NCBI GenBank assembly: GCA_002104945.1
Contig: MCFH01000021.1
Location: forward strand, 1-64,000
Reading direction: 5' to 3'
Source: Piromyces finnis finn
Taxonomy: Eukaryota > Fungi > Neocallimastigomycota
DNA length: 64,000 bases
How positions within the stretch are numbered: position 1 is the first letter of the stretch; every line of letters begins with the position of its first letter. A model generated the notes under the pieces. That model was not told the origin of the DNA. It did no database searches and saw only the letters and a list, made by a program, of their open reading frames with translations. The translations under genes and the position numbers were made by a program. Shown one piece after another: positions 10,231 to 22,500 of the stretch.

Positions 10231-12387
10231 TATTAGAAAATTAATATTGTCTTAATGGTTAGTATTTAAGACATTAATCTGGATCACTCGGGTTCGACTC
10301 ACACCTTGATCCAAAATTTATTTTAAATTATTTATTTAACAATTTAATTTATGACTCATAGAAACTTATAGAACTTATTCGAAAAAGAAAAAGTTCGAAT
10401 ATTCGAAAAATTAAATATTTTATGTATTTTTATCACGAGATTCATTTTATGTAATTTTTAATTAATTTAAAGAATAATTTAGAAAGAAAATTTAATTTTT
10501 AATTTAGTGTAATGCTGACACAGAAAGAATAGATTAGGATATCTATTCTATTACAATAACACAAAATTTAAAATAAAATAAAAAATTGTTTTATTAAAAA
10601 TATCTTTTATTATAATAGAAATTTTATTAATAACAATTACATCGATAAAATGATGAAAAATATCTTCTATTTATATTTTTCCTAAATACATTTATATTAT
10701 ATTATAACTATTTATTTCTTATATATTATTATTTAAAATCTACACTAAAATCTTAATTATTAATAAATATTTAAACTATAACTATTTTTAGTAAAATACA
10801 ATTGGCAATTCAAATTAAGTACTATTCAATTTGAATATGTGCCCATGTATTATTGATATATTAATCATTTATTATTTATTTATTTCTATGAAAAAACAAT
10901 ACTAAAACTAGGGATTTAAATTGAGAATATTAATTTACTTGTTAAACATTAAAAATAAATTAATAATTTATTTTGTTTTAAACTTTAATTATTAATAAAT
11001 AAATTATGTCTCATTTTCTTTTTCTGAATATAATTTGTGTAACTTAAACAATAATACTTGTGGCTTAAGTTACATTAAAGATATCAAACAGAGGCGTTTG
11101 ATATCTTTACAGTCAACCAATATTTAATATCCCAATTATTTATACTATTCAACTTGACTATTCCTAATTATTTTATTCTTATATTAAATAAATAATTTAA
11201 CAACCTTATTATTATACTATACTAACCTTTTTATTATTTACTACTACTAAACTAACAACTAGTTATTAACCAAACTAATATATTTTTATTATTACTGTAA
11301 CGAATCTGATGCGTTGACCGATATATTTTTGAATAATATAATATTTTTAATAAATAATAAATTCTAATATTTATGATGAAACAATAAATTTAAAATAAAA
11401 TAAAATATGTTTTATAATTAACAAATAAATCACTCAAAAACTCGAAAATAAACTCTTTTTATTATGTTTAAATTATCTCTTTATTATATTTATAATTTAT
11501 TTATTGTCTATTTATTGTCCCCCCCTTTATAAAGAAGAATTTTATCTTCCTTTTATACATTTTCATTTATTACATGTATTATTATTTTTAACTATTAAAT
11601 GTTATTATTACTATTGTTATTATTTATTAAAATTAAAAGAATAAATTAAAATTATGTCTTAGTATTATAAAATATTATAGAATATTACTTATTTGATTTT
11701 CTTATTACTTCAAAATGTTTAAATTTAGAAAAATTATTATAAATTATCATTGACTATCATTAAATGTATAATACCTTGAATAAAATAATTAAAATTTAAA
11801 ATTAAAATAATATTAAAATAAAATTAAAATGAAATTAAAATATTAAAAGTATCAATTATTATAAACACTCATTTTATACAGAAACATAAAAGAGTTCTGT
11901 ATTTTATCTTTGAAATTGTTATTATTGTTCTATTTCCAGGCTTTAAATTAATCACTTTTAGTAATAATTACTCAGTTATTTATTTGTTAATTTATATATA
12001 TAAGTTTGAAAGAATTTCTAAAGAACACTTGGATAAAACACTAGAATTAATAATTTAATGTATATCATTTTATTTTTTTAGTTTATTTATTCATTTTTAT
12101 TTACTTATTATTATTTTATTATTTTAATACATTTTTGGATTGAGTCGTTTTATTTTATTTAATAATTTATTTTATTATTATCTCTATTAAGTCGTTTTTA
12201 TTCATAATTTATTATTTAATAAAGAGAATATTATTTATTTAAAAGAAAGGGTTATATTTCCATAAAATTATTATTTATTCATTTTTAAGGGTTATTATCT
12301 TTTATTTTTATTATAAGTCGCTATGGGTTAAGTCGTGTTTATTCGGCTAGTTTTTATTACGTTTTTATTTGAGTAGCGTATCAAATC
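10231..12387. repeat. 2157-bp tandem unit, copy 2 (pseudo-tRNA 10241-10313, M LTR 10508-11111, K solo LTR 11307-12383)
   Basis: Looks identical to 174-2330. Confidence 0.9.
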
Positions 12388-12397
12388 TATTAGAAAA

Positions 12398-12470
12398 TTA
12401 ATATTGTCTTAATGGTTAGTATTTAAGACATTAATCTGGATCACTCGGGTTCGACTCACACCTTGATCCA
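12398..12470 (+). promoter_or_regulatory. Pseudo-tRNA A/B-box element in the N 5' LTR
   Basis: Same sequence as 184-256; the AATC TSD lies at -14..-11 from the inferred +1. Confidence 0.7.
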
Positions 12471-13304
12471 AAATTTATTTTAAATTATTTATTTAACAAT
12501 TTAATTTATGACTCATAGAAACTTATAGAACTTATTCGAAAAAGAAAAAGTTCGAATATTCGAAAAATTAAATATTTTATGTATTTTTATCACGAGATTC
12601 ATTTTATGTAATTTTTAATTAATTTAAAGAATAATTTAGAAAGAAAATTTAATTTTTAATTTAGTGTAATGCTGACACAGAAAGAATAGATTAGGATATC
12701 TATTCTATTACAATAACACAAAATTTAAAATAAAATAAAAAATTGTTTTATTAAAAATATCTTTTATTATAATAGAAATTTTATTAATAACAATTACATC
12801 GATAAAATGATGAAAAATATCTTCTATTTATATTTTTCCTAAATACATTTATATTATATTATAACTATTTATTTCTTATATATTATTATTTAAAATCTAC
12901 ACTAAAATCTTAATTATTAATAAATATTTAAACTATAACTATTTTTAGTAAAATACAATTGGCAATTCAAATTAAGTACTATTCAATTTGAATATGTGCC
13001 CATGTATTATTGATATATTAATCATTTATTATTTATTTATTTCTATGAAAAAACAATACTAAAACTAGGGATTTAAATTGAGAATATTAATTTACTTGTT
13101 AAACATTAAAAATAAATTAATAATTTATTTTGTTTTAAACTTTAATTATTAATAAATAAATTATGTCTCATTTTCTTTTTCTGAATATAATTTGTGTAAC
13201 TTAAACAATAATACTTGTGGCTTAAGTTACATTAAAGATATCAAACAGAGGCGTTTGATATCTTTACAATCTCTCTCTCTAAGTCGAGCTCCTGCGAGAT
13301 TAAT

Positions 13305-16300
13305 TTATAAGGAATCTTTTCTCGAAGGAATTTCAATTACAAATGGTTGGTATCTGTGCTTGATTAGATTACCAACTTTATTCTTTCTAATTTTCATGGA
13401 GGAGTCGTTCGACTTATATTTTGACTTTTTAGAGTTTCTTTCAAACTCTTGTATTAATTGTTTATCTGGAATCTGATCTTCAGAAATCCAAGTGGATTTG
13501 TCAAATCCTTTCCATGATAACTTATAAAATGTTTCACCATTAACAGATTTCATCTTTTCAATTTTCTCTGGAATTTTTTCAATTAAATCTGTGTTAAGGT
13601 GAATGTTCCTCTTCCTACGATTAGACCTGTCGTTAAACTTGTTTTCAAAGTATGGTTCTAACAATGAAACATGAAAGACTGGATGACATCTCATTGTCTT
13701 TGGAAGTTTCAATTTGAAAGCGAGAGAACTAACTTTTTCAATTATCTCAAATGGGCCAAGCATTTGAGGTGCTAATTTTCTCTTTAGGTTAGTTCCAGGA
13801 GAATCTTTCAATAACCATACTTTCTTTCCCACTTCGAACTCCGGGGGAATCATTCTCTTCATATCGGCATATTTCTTATATGTTTCTTTTGCTTTTTCTA
13901 AGTTTTCTTTTAATAATTTAAAGTTTTCATTCATATCAATTACTCTTTGTTCAGCTCTACTAGGTCTATCATTAGCCGGGATTTCCAAGCTGAACTTTGG
14001 ATGAAAACCATAATTAGCAAAGAATGGGGATTGATTTATAGATTGTTGTAAAGTATTATTATATGCAAATTCAGCAAATGGGATAAGATCAACCCAGTTA
14101 TTCTGCTTTTTATTTATAAAACAACGGAAATATTGTTCTAATATGCCGTTCACCCTCTCCGTTTGACCATCTGTCTGCGGATGGTTGGCAGTTGATAATG
14201 AATGATTGATATTAAGAAGGTCACAAAGTCTTGACCAAAAGTCAGAAGTAAATTGCGAGCCTCTATCAGAAATGATGGAATCAGGAAGACCATGCAAACG
14301 GAAGACATTAGCAATAAAAGCATCAGCAGCAATCGAAGCAGTAGGAAGACAACGTAAAGGAATGGCGTGAGCAAATTTAGTAAATCTATCGACAACAACC
14401 ATGAGAGTTGTCATATCTCTGGACTTAGGAAGATCAACAATAAAATCAATAGAAATATCAGACCAGGGCCTACTGGGAGTGTCCAAAGGGGATAACAATC
14501 CATAAGGCTTATGTCTGGGGACTTTGGATTTGCAACAAGTCACGCAAGATTTGATAAAAGATTTAACGTCTGAATGAAACCTTGGCCACCAAAAGTTTCT
14601 GGAAATCAGTTCAGTGGTTTTCTTAATACCGAAATGACCAGCAGCAACAGAATCATGATGAAGTTCCAAAACTCTTGTCCTAAGAGATTTAGGAACATAA
14701 ATAAGATTATTATATAACAAAAATCCTTCGTTATCAATAATAACTTTATCAATATTTTTAATAGGTGCATTACATGCAGAACCATTCATTTTAAATTGGA
14801 CAATAGAATTATACAAATCGTCATTTTTAAGTTCTAATAAAATAGAATCGATTAACGGTTTGTTATCGCTATGATGAAACGAAATAGTAAGACAAGAAAC
14901 ATCAGAATTAATATTATTCTCTAAATGGTCACTTCTACGAGACAGGATATCAGGCTTACCGGATTTCTTTCCAGCTCTATAAATGAGTTTAAAATCAAAT
15001 CTGGATAAGAACAAATTCCATCTAATTTGTCTCTGAGATAACATTTCAGGTTTTCTAGGAAATGTTAAATTCTTGTGATCAGTATAAATTATGAACGGAT
15101 GGCGTGCACCTTCTAAATAATGACGCCATTCTTCAAGAGCAACTACAATAGCTAAAAGTTCCTTGTCATATATAGGATAGTTTCTTTGACAACTCGTCAA
15201 ACTTTTAGAAAGAAATGCAATAGGATGTAATTTGCCATCAAATTCTTGAGAGAGAATAGCACCGACAGCATAATTACTAGCATCAGTTTCTACAATAAAT
15301 TGTTTATTACTATCCGCATGTTTTAGAATAGGAGCTGACGTGAACAGAGATTTTAATAAAATAAAAGCGTCCTGATCTTCTTTCACCCAGTTAAAAGCAA
15401 CATTCTTTCTAGTGAGTTTGTGAAGAGGGTTTGCAATTTTAGCAAAGTCTTTAATAAAAATTCTGTAATAGTTGCATAAACCAATAAAAGACTGAACCTC
15501 TTTAACATTCTTGGGAACCGGCCAATCGAGAATTGCTTTAATTTTATTCTCATCCATTTGCAATCCATCCTTTGAAATGACATAACCAAGAAAAGTGGTT
15601 TTCTCAACATCAAACTCACATTTTTCTAATTTAACATAAAGATTATTTTCAAGTAGTTTCTTAAGTACCTTTTTAACATGCTCATGATGTTCTTCGATAT
15701 TATTAGAATAAATAAGAATATCATCAATATATGAGATAACAAAATCGTCTAAATAGTCACTAAGGACATCGTTAATGAAGTGTTGAAAAGTTGCAGGTGC
15801 ATTCTTTAATCCAAAAGGCATAACCAGATATTCAAAATGACCATACCTAGTACGAAAAGCCGTTTTGTATTCGTCACCTTCTTTAATACGAACAAGATTA
15901 TAAGCGGATTTAAGGTCTAATTTGGTAAAAATCTTAGCATTTTTCACCCTATCCAAAAGGTCACTTATTAAAGGTAAAGGATATGAATTACGAATTGTAA
16001 TATTATTCAACCTTCTATAATCAATACAAAGTCTTAAGGAACCGTCCTTCTTTTTAACAAACAAAATTGGGGCACCAGCAGGAGACGATGATTTCCTAAT
16101 AAAACCTTTATTTAAATTTTCATCTATATACTTTTTAAGTTCCTCTCTTTCAACTTCAGTTAATGGATACAAGGGTCCATAAAATAAAGTTGAATCATCC
16201 TTAAGTTTGATTTCACAATCATAAGGTCTATGAGGAGGTAACACTTCACAATTTTTTTCGTTAAACACTTCACTAAATTCTAAATATTGGGTTGGTACGG

Positions 16301-17852
16301 CGACCAATTTATCTTTATTAATATTCTTTTCATTATTATTATTACTACATGATTCATTATCATTATTACATGTTTCATTAATTTTCGTTACAATACATTT
16401 AACTTTTTTATTAAAACTAATATATTCATCATCGCTGTCATCTTCATCATTAATGGTTCTAACAAGGCGGCCTTTAACATATTCTTTTTCTTCATGGTTT
16501 GGGACGGAGGAATCTACTTTCGGTTTTTTGGTTAAGCTTCGGTCGAGAACATCATGATCTAATTGATCATTCTTGGACTTCTTTCTTGGTTTTCTTTTTC
16601 TTTTACCTTTGTTACAGTGTCTGGCACAATAACCAGAACTAAAAGCGATTTTCTTAGAGTCATAGAAAGCATTTGGATTATGCTTCTTTATCCACGGCAA
16701 ACCAAGAATAACATCAACACCGGGGACTTGTAATCCATAAAGTTGAATTACTTCGAAGTGATTTTTGCAACGGAGCATGCACTTCTCAGTCCTTTCCCAA
16801 ACACTAACAACTCCATCACTAACACCTGAAACACGGAATGGTTCCACTTTTTCCAAATTAATACCAAGTTCTTCAGCAAGACTTGGATTAATGAAATTTA
16901 ATTCAGAACCGGAATCAATTAAAACCTTAATCTTAACTTCCGAAACTTCATTGGTACTCAAGTAAAAGTCCACAAGGTTTAAATCACTTTTCACTCCCTT
17001 GACTCCAACTTTGTAAATTTTTGGATTAACAATTTTTGGAGTCCTTTCTTTCACAATTCTTAACACTTTTCTGGGCTTTACTCTATTAGGACAATTAAAT
17101 TTTAAATGTCCTGGTTGTTTACAAAGAAAACATAACCCCTTTTTCTTTTCTTCTTCAAAGTTGTCTATGTTTTCATTGTAATTTTTACTTGATCCTTGGA
17201 TATTCACATACCTTTTGCGTTTATTTTCTCTACTAATTCTAAATACATCCACATCCATAGGATCGTTAGCCCTTCTACCATTAAAATAAAATTCACTTAG
17301 AGAATTCCTTTTCATCATATCTTCAACTAAAATAGTTGAAGAAATCAATTGTTCAATTGAAGTTGGGTTTGATTCAATGAAAGCCAACTTCTCCCTAAGT
17401 GGTGGTAATAAACCTTTCAGAAACATGTAGATTTTTGCGCTGTCATTAAAGCTTGAATTTTGGCTAATACGTTGAAACTCGGTAATGTAATCTAATACCT
17501 GACCAAGTTTCCTTTGGCGAAGATTATCTAATTTACCGTTAGCTACAACGGTATCGTATCTATAACTGCCAAAATTAGCCTTCAACCTATCTACAAATTC
17601 ATCATAATGGTTTAAAACCCCACTATTATTCTTCATCAACACTGAAGCCCATTCCAAAGGTTTACCAGAGAAGTATGATATAACGAAGTCGACCTTGACT
17701 CGATCTGTATTATACAGTGTCGGTCGAGTACGAAATACCAACTCAACTCTGGTTAAAAATCCATCCAATTCTCTTTGTTTACCAGAAAATATCGGTGGAG
17801 CATTAATAATGTTCCCCGAATTCCCAGAAACACCCACAGTCCTATCACCCAT
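13305..17852 (-). CDS. Element M single Gag-Pol polyprotein with a degenerate C-terminal chromodomain
   Basis: CFLCKQPGHLKFNC, VLIDSGS, ISYIDD, VETDAS, HHDSVAAGH..C..C, FYKLSWKGFDKSTW; the track start at 17894 is a TTG, first ATG at 17852. Confidence 0.95.
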   Translation of the reverse strand: MGDRTVGVSGNSGNIINAPPIFSGKQRELDGFLTRVELVFRTRPTLYNTDRVKVDFVISYFSGKPLEWASVLMKNNSGVLNHYDEFVDRLKANFGSYRYDTVVANGKLDNLRQRKLGQVLDYITEFQRISQNSSFNDSAKIYMFLKGLLPPLREKLAFIESNPTSIEQLISSTILVEDMMKRNSLSEFYFNGRRANDPMDVDVFRISRENKRKRYVNIQGSSKNYNENIDNFEEEKKKGLCFLCKQPGHLKFNCPNRVKPRKVLRIVKERTPKIVNPKIYKVGVKGVKSDLNLVDFYLSTNEVSEVKIKVLIDSGSELNFINPSLAEELGINLEKVEPFRVSGVSDGVVSVWERTEKCMLRCKNHFEVIQLYGLQVPGVDVILGLPWIKKHNPNAFYDSKKIAFSSGYCARHCNKGKRKRKPRKKSKNDQLDHDVLDRSLTKKPKVDSSVPNHEEKEYVKGRLVRTINDEDDSDDEYISFNKKVKCIVTKINETCNNDNESCSNNNNEKNINKDKLVAVPTQYLEFSEVFNEKNCEVLPPHRPYDCEIKLKDDSTLFYGPLYPLTEVEREELKKYIDENLNKGFIRKSSSPAGAPILFVKKKDGSLRLCIDYRRLNNITIRNSYPLPLISDLLDRVKNAKIFTKLDLKSAYNLVRIKEGDEYKTAFRTRYGHFEYLVMPFGLKNAPATFQHFINDVLSDYLDDFVISYIDDILIYSNNIEEHHEHVKKVLKKLLENNLYVKLEKCEFDVEKTTFLGYVISKDGLQMDENKIKAILDWPVPKNVKEVQSFIGLCNYYRIFIKDFAKIANPLHKLTRKNVAFNWVKEDQDAFILLKSLFTSAPILKHADSNKQFIVETDASNYAVGAILSQEFDGKLHPIAFLSKSLTSCQRNYPIYDKELLAIVVALEEWRHYLEGARHPFIIYTDHKNLTFPRKPEMLSQRQIRWNLFLSRFDFKLIYRAGKKSGKPDILSRRSDHLENNINSDVSCLTISFHHSDNKPLIDSILLELKNDDLYNSIVQFKMNGSACNAPIKNIDKVIIDNEGFLLYNNLIYVPKSLRTRVLELHHDSVAAGHFGIKKTTELISRNFWWPRFHSDVKSFIKSCVTCCKSKVPRHKPYGLLSPLDTPSRPWSDISIDFIVDLPKSRDMTTLMVVVDRFTKFAHAIPLRCLPTASIAADAFIANVFRLHGLPDSIISDRGSQFTSDFWSRLCDLLNINHSLSTANHPQTDGQTERVNGILEQYFRCFINKKQNNWVDLIPFAEFAYNNTLQQSINQSPFFANYGFHPKFSLEIPANDRPSRAEQRVIDMNENFKLLKENLEKAKETYKKYADMKRMIPPEFEVGKKVWLLKDSPGTNLKRKLAPQMLGPFEIIEKVSSLAFKLKLPKTMRCHPVFHVSLLEPYFENKFNDRSNRRKRNIHLNTDLIEKIPEKIEKMKSVNGETFYKLSWKGFDKSTWISEDQIPDKQLIQEFERNSKKSKYKSNDSSMKIRKNKVGNLIKHRYQPFVIEIPSRKDSL

Positions 17853-18087
17853 CTCTAAATTTAAATTTTCAAACTCACTAATTAAGTCCTCCAACGTTAA
17901 ATATAAAACAAAATATAAAAAATGTTTTCTTACTACTGTTTCAAGTAAGTAATTTTTTTTTTTTTTTTTAAAAGAAAAAACTATTTCTACAAAAACGATG
18001 TTAGTTAATACAAAAGTTATTCAAACTCGATCTGTTATACAGTGTCGAACAAGTTTTGTATTATATAATAATAATATTAATCAGAGT

Positions 18088-18125
<38 letters not shown>

Positions 18126-18135
18126 CTTCTGCTAG

Positions 18136-18383
18136 GGTAGCAACAAAGTTTCTTCAATACTCTCTTGAACCAAGGTAGCAACAAAGTTTCTTCAATACTC
18201 TCTTGAACCAAGGTAGCAACAAAGTTTCTTCAATACTCTCTTGAACTAAGGTAGCAACAAAGTTTCTTCAATAATCTCTTGAACCAAGGTAGCAACAAAG
18301 TTTCTTCAATAATCTCTTGAACCAAGGTAGCAACAAAATTTCTTCAATAATCTCTTGAACCAAGGTAGCAACAAAGTTTCTTC
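18136..18383. repeat. 6.5 copies of a 38-bp tandem repeat in the M leader
   Basis: Unit GGTAGCAACAAAGTTTCTTCAATACTCTCTTGAACCAA, with no spacers. Confidence 0.95.
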
Positions 18384-18421
18384 GGGCGGTAGATATCCTA
18401 ACGTACTCTTGAAGTAGTTAG

Positions 18422-18432
18422 GTAATTGTTAT
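18422..18432 (-). promoter_or_regulatory. Self-priming PBS of M
   Basis: ATAACAATTAC directly after the 5' LTR is complementary to LTR bases 18555-18565, which lie about 35 nt downstream of TATAAATA (18593-18600, minus strand). Confidence 0.8.
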
Positions 18433-19274
18433 TGTAATGCTGACACAGAAAGAATAGATTAGGATATCTATTCTATTACAATAACACAAAATTTAAAATA
18501 AAATAAAAAATTGTTTTATTAAAAATATCTTTTATTATAATAGAAATTTTATTAATAACAATTACATCGATAAAATGATGAAAAATATCTTCTATTTATA
18601 TTTTTCCTAAATACATTTATATTATATTATAACTATTTATTTCTTATATATTATTATTTAAAATCTACACTAAAATCTTAATTATTAATAAATATTTAAA
18701 CTATAACTATTTTTAGTAAAATACAATTGGCAATTCAAATTAAGTACTATTCAATTTGAATATGTGCCCATGTATTATTGATATATTAATCATTTATTAT
18801 TTATTTATTTCTATGAAAAAACAATACTAAAACTAGGGATTTAAATTGAGAATATTAATTTACTTGTTAAACATTAAAAATAAATTAATAATTTATTTTG
18901 TTTTAAACTTTAATTATTAATAAATAAATTATGTCTCATTTTCTTTTTCTGAATATAATTTGTGTAACTTAAACAATAATACTTGTGGCTTAAGTTACAT
19001 TAAAGATATCAAACAGAGGCGTTTGATATCTTTACATTTAGCCACATCAGATTTAGAAAAAGTATAAATAGAAGTGATGTGAATCAAAAATTAAATAGTT
19101 GTGTTTTTATTAACTTTTAAATTTAAATCTTTATTTTTAAAAAAATTTAATAATAATAAAAAATTATTTTAAATAAATAAATTTATTGACTTATAGGGAA
19201 TACAAAATTTATTTTTCTATATAAATATTATTAATTCCTACATTAATAAATTCTTTATATAGAAACTCGTTACA

Positions 19275-19284
19275 ATAAAAACAC
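19275..19284 (+). promoter_or_regulatory. Self-priming PBS of N
   Basis: ATAAAAACAC is complementary to GTGTTTTTAT at 19101-19110, 38 nt downstream of the start of TATAAATA (19063). Confidence 0.75.
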
Positions 19285-19534
19285 CAGTTGTAACATATTC
19301 CCTTTACCTTAATTAATTTGTTTATTTTTTAAAAAAAAAAAAAATTTTTTTTAACTTATTGAAACCTTCCTGAATTTTCTTGGACTCTTTTGAACCCTCT
19401 CTTGGACTCTCTTTTGAACTCTTTTGGACTCTCTTGGATTCTCTTGGATTCTTTTGGATTCTTTTGGATTCTTTTGGATTTATTATACTGATTAAATTAA
19501 ATTAAAATTAGATATTATAAATAAAATAAAGAAA

Positions 19535-22500
19535 ATGGATGAAGAATTGATGAATAATGCTACGTTGAAGGATGGTTTCGCTGGAAATCGTCGTTTCTTT
19601 AAGGGTTTTCTTGCCAAAATAGAATTAATCTTTATGGTCTACCCAGAGCGTTACGCGGATGACGAAACAAAAATCGTTTATATCATTTCGAGACTATATG
19701 GTGAAGCTTTGAATTGGGCTGCATCATTAATTCACAATCATGATGAATGCCTATTAAATTATGACTCATTTGTTGCCAAGCTTAAATCTGTGTTTGGTGA
19801 CAACGACTCAACGTTTGTGGCTAATCAAAAACTTCGAACTATAAAGCAAAGAAAAATCGGTGAGATTCAAAAATATATTCTTGAATTTAACCGATACTCC
19901 GATGACTCCTCTTGGAACGAAAGTGCAAAAATGGACGCCTTCTTAGCTGGACTACAAGATCAAGTCGCCAATAGGATTTTAGAAATGTTTCCCGGTCCAC
20001 AAACGCTATTAAATTTACAAGTTATTGCATCAAGAATCGATTCTAGAATCGATACCAACAGAAGATTCTTCAACAACAATCATTCTAATAACACTACTCA
20101 AAACCGAAGAACTGAAGTAAATAGAAAACCTTTCACTTCAAGAAATAAGAAAACTTATGGACCGCTTTCCTCAGAAGAAAAAGCTAGAAGAATTAAGGAA
20201 AATCTCTGCCTGTATTGTGGTTCTCCAGATCATAAGTTAAGTAACTGCCCAAAAAGAAGTAAAAATGAAAAATCAGCTGGGACTCATATTTCTAACACTA
20301 CGCCTGAAAAGAAGCCTAGAATAAGATTCTCCGATAATCCCAATCTGAAACAACCAGTCTTTGAGTTCCAACTCAATACTTCCGACGTCTCCGTGAATAC
20401 TAAACTACTAATTGATTCAGGATCTCAACTTAACCTACTAGATGTGGTCTTTGCCGAAGAAAATAATATTCCTTTTGATAAATCCGTCTCTTTCAACAAA
20501 ATCTCTGGCATTGGTGGGGAACAACAAATCTTAGGTAAATCTATCCCAATTTCGATCAAATACAAAAACCACCAATGTAAAACTATATTCTATATTGTAG
20601 ACCTTCCGGGATATTGTGGCATCTTAGGTGCTGAATGGTTACATCAGCACAACCCTAATATTAACTTCGTTGAAAAAGAATTATCTTTTAATTCAAATTT
20701 CTGTCTGTCACATTGCTCTGTTATTCCTAACGTTGCCCCTACTTATGCTATTTCTTCTATTTCTAATGATTCCAAATCTTCTTGTAGCACTTCAACCAAT
20801 TCTTATATCCATGATTCAACAAAAAATCTTCCTAAAAATAATGATTCCACTATCAACCCTCCAAGCAATAAAGAAGTTTTTCTTCCTGCTGAACTCCAAG
20901 CCTTTGAAGACGTATTTAATGAAAAAGCCGCTGAACAATTGCCGCCTCACAGGCAATACGACTGTGAAATCCGTCTTAAACCGGACTCTAAACTTTTTTA
21001 TGGACCGATTTATCCTTTAACGGATAAAGAATCAATGGCATTGAAGGAATACATTGATGAAAACTTGCGAAAAGGTTTCATCAGACCTTCAAAATCACCG
21101 GCAGGTGCCCCAGTACTTTTTGTTCCGAAAAAAAATGGTGAGCTACGTCTATGTCAAGATTATAGGAAATTAAATGAAATCACAGTCCGTGATTCCTACC
21201 CTTTACCATTAATTAACGACATGTTGGAGCACTTAGGTAAAAGCAACATCTTCTCCAAACTTGATTTAAGATCAGCTTATAATCTTGTGAGGATAAAAGA
21301 AGGTGATGAATTCAAAACTGCTTTTACTTGCAAATATGGACACTTTGAATATACTGTAATGCCGTTTGGTTTGAAGAACGCGCCTGCAGTATTCCAACAT
21401 TTCATTAATGATGTGCTTGATGGAATCTTGGGAGTATTTGTCTTCAGTTATATTGATGACTTAATTATATTTTCGGAAAATTTTAAAACTCATGTTATAC
21501 AAGTCAAAGAAGTACTTAAAAGACTTAGAAAAGCCGGACTTTATGCAAAACTTGAAAAATGTGAGTTCTTTGTCCCATTTATCGATTTTTTAGGTCATCG
21601 TATATCGTCTGATGGAATATTAATGGATCCAAAGAAAATTTCATCTATCCTGGAATGGCCAACTCCTAGAAATGTTAAAGAGGTTCAAGCGTTTCTTGGG
21701 TTAGCTAATTATTATAGAAGATTCATTGCCGGTTTTGCTGATCTCGCACAACCACTTAATGCATTACTTAAAAAGGATGTTAAATTCTGCTTCTCTCATC
21801 AGTGTGTGAATTCTTTTAATTTAATGAAGACCAAATTTGCTTCTTCTCCTGTTCTTGCATACCCGAATCGTGATATACCTCTCATGGTTGAAACGGATGC
21901 AAGTAATTTTGCTATAGGAGCCATTCTTTCCCAAACGAATCCGAAAGACAATACGGTTCACCCTGTAGCATTCTTCTCCAGATCGCTTAGTTCTTCTGAA
22001 AGGAACTATCCGATCTACGATAAAGAACTTTTAGCAATTGTAGCTGCTTTAGAAAATTGGCGTCATTTACTTAAGGGGACTGCTCAGCCTTTCAAAATTT
22101 TCTCGGATCACAGAAATTTGCTTTACCAGAAGAAACCCGAAAAAATGACACAAAGATTAGTTCGTTGGTCTTTGTTTCTTGCCGAGTTTAATTTTATTAT
22201 TGTTTATCGGTCGGGTTCTGCTAATGGTAAACCTGACGCTTTATCCAGAAGACCAGATTACTTAGAAAATTTTAAGGATTCCAATGATACTCCAAATTCC
22301 GTTCTTAGACCCGAAAACTTTTGTGCCCTGGTTCTGGATAACAACCCCCTTATGGATAAAATCATTTCAAATAGCAAAGATGATAAATTCTACTTTGAAG
22401 TATGCAAATACTTAGAAACTCAAATTCCACCTGTCCCTCATTCTCAAATCGAAAACTTTAAAATTCAAGATGGTGTATTATTATTCAATGATAGGATCTA

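Larger units (their letters stand above)
12665..19036 (-). mobile_element. Full-length Tf1/sushi-like chromovirus M inserted in the N 5' LTR
   Basis: 604-bp LTRs at 12665-13268 and 18433-19036; 5-bp TSD TTTAG; PPT AGAGAGAGAGAT (13269-13280); self-priming PBS. Confidence 0.95.

Noticed and set aside
18136-18383. CRISPR-like array
   Set aside because: The units are contiguous with no unique spacers, there are no cas genes, and the context is a eukaryotic retrotransposon leader
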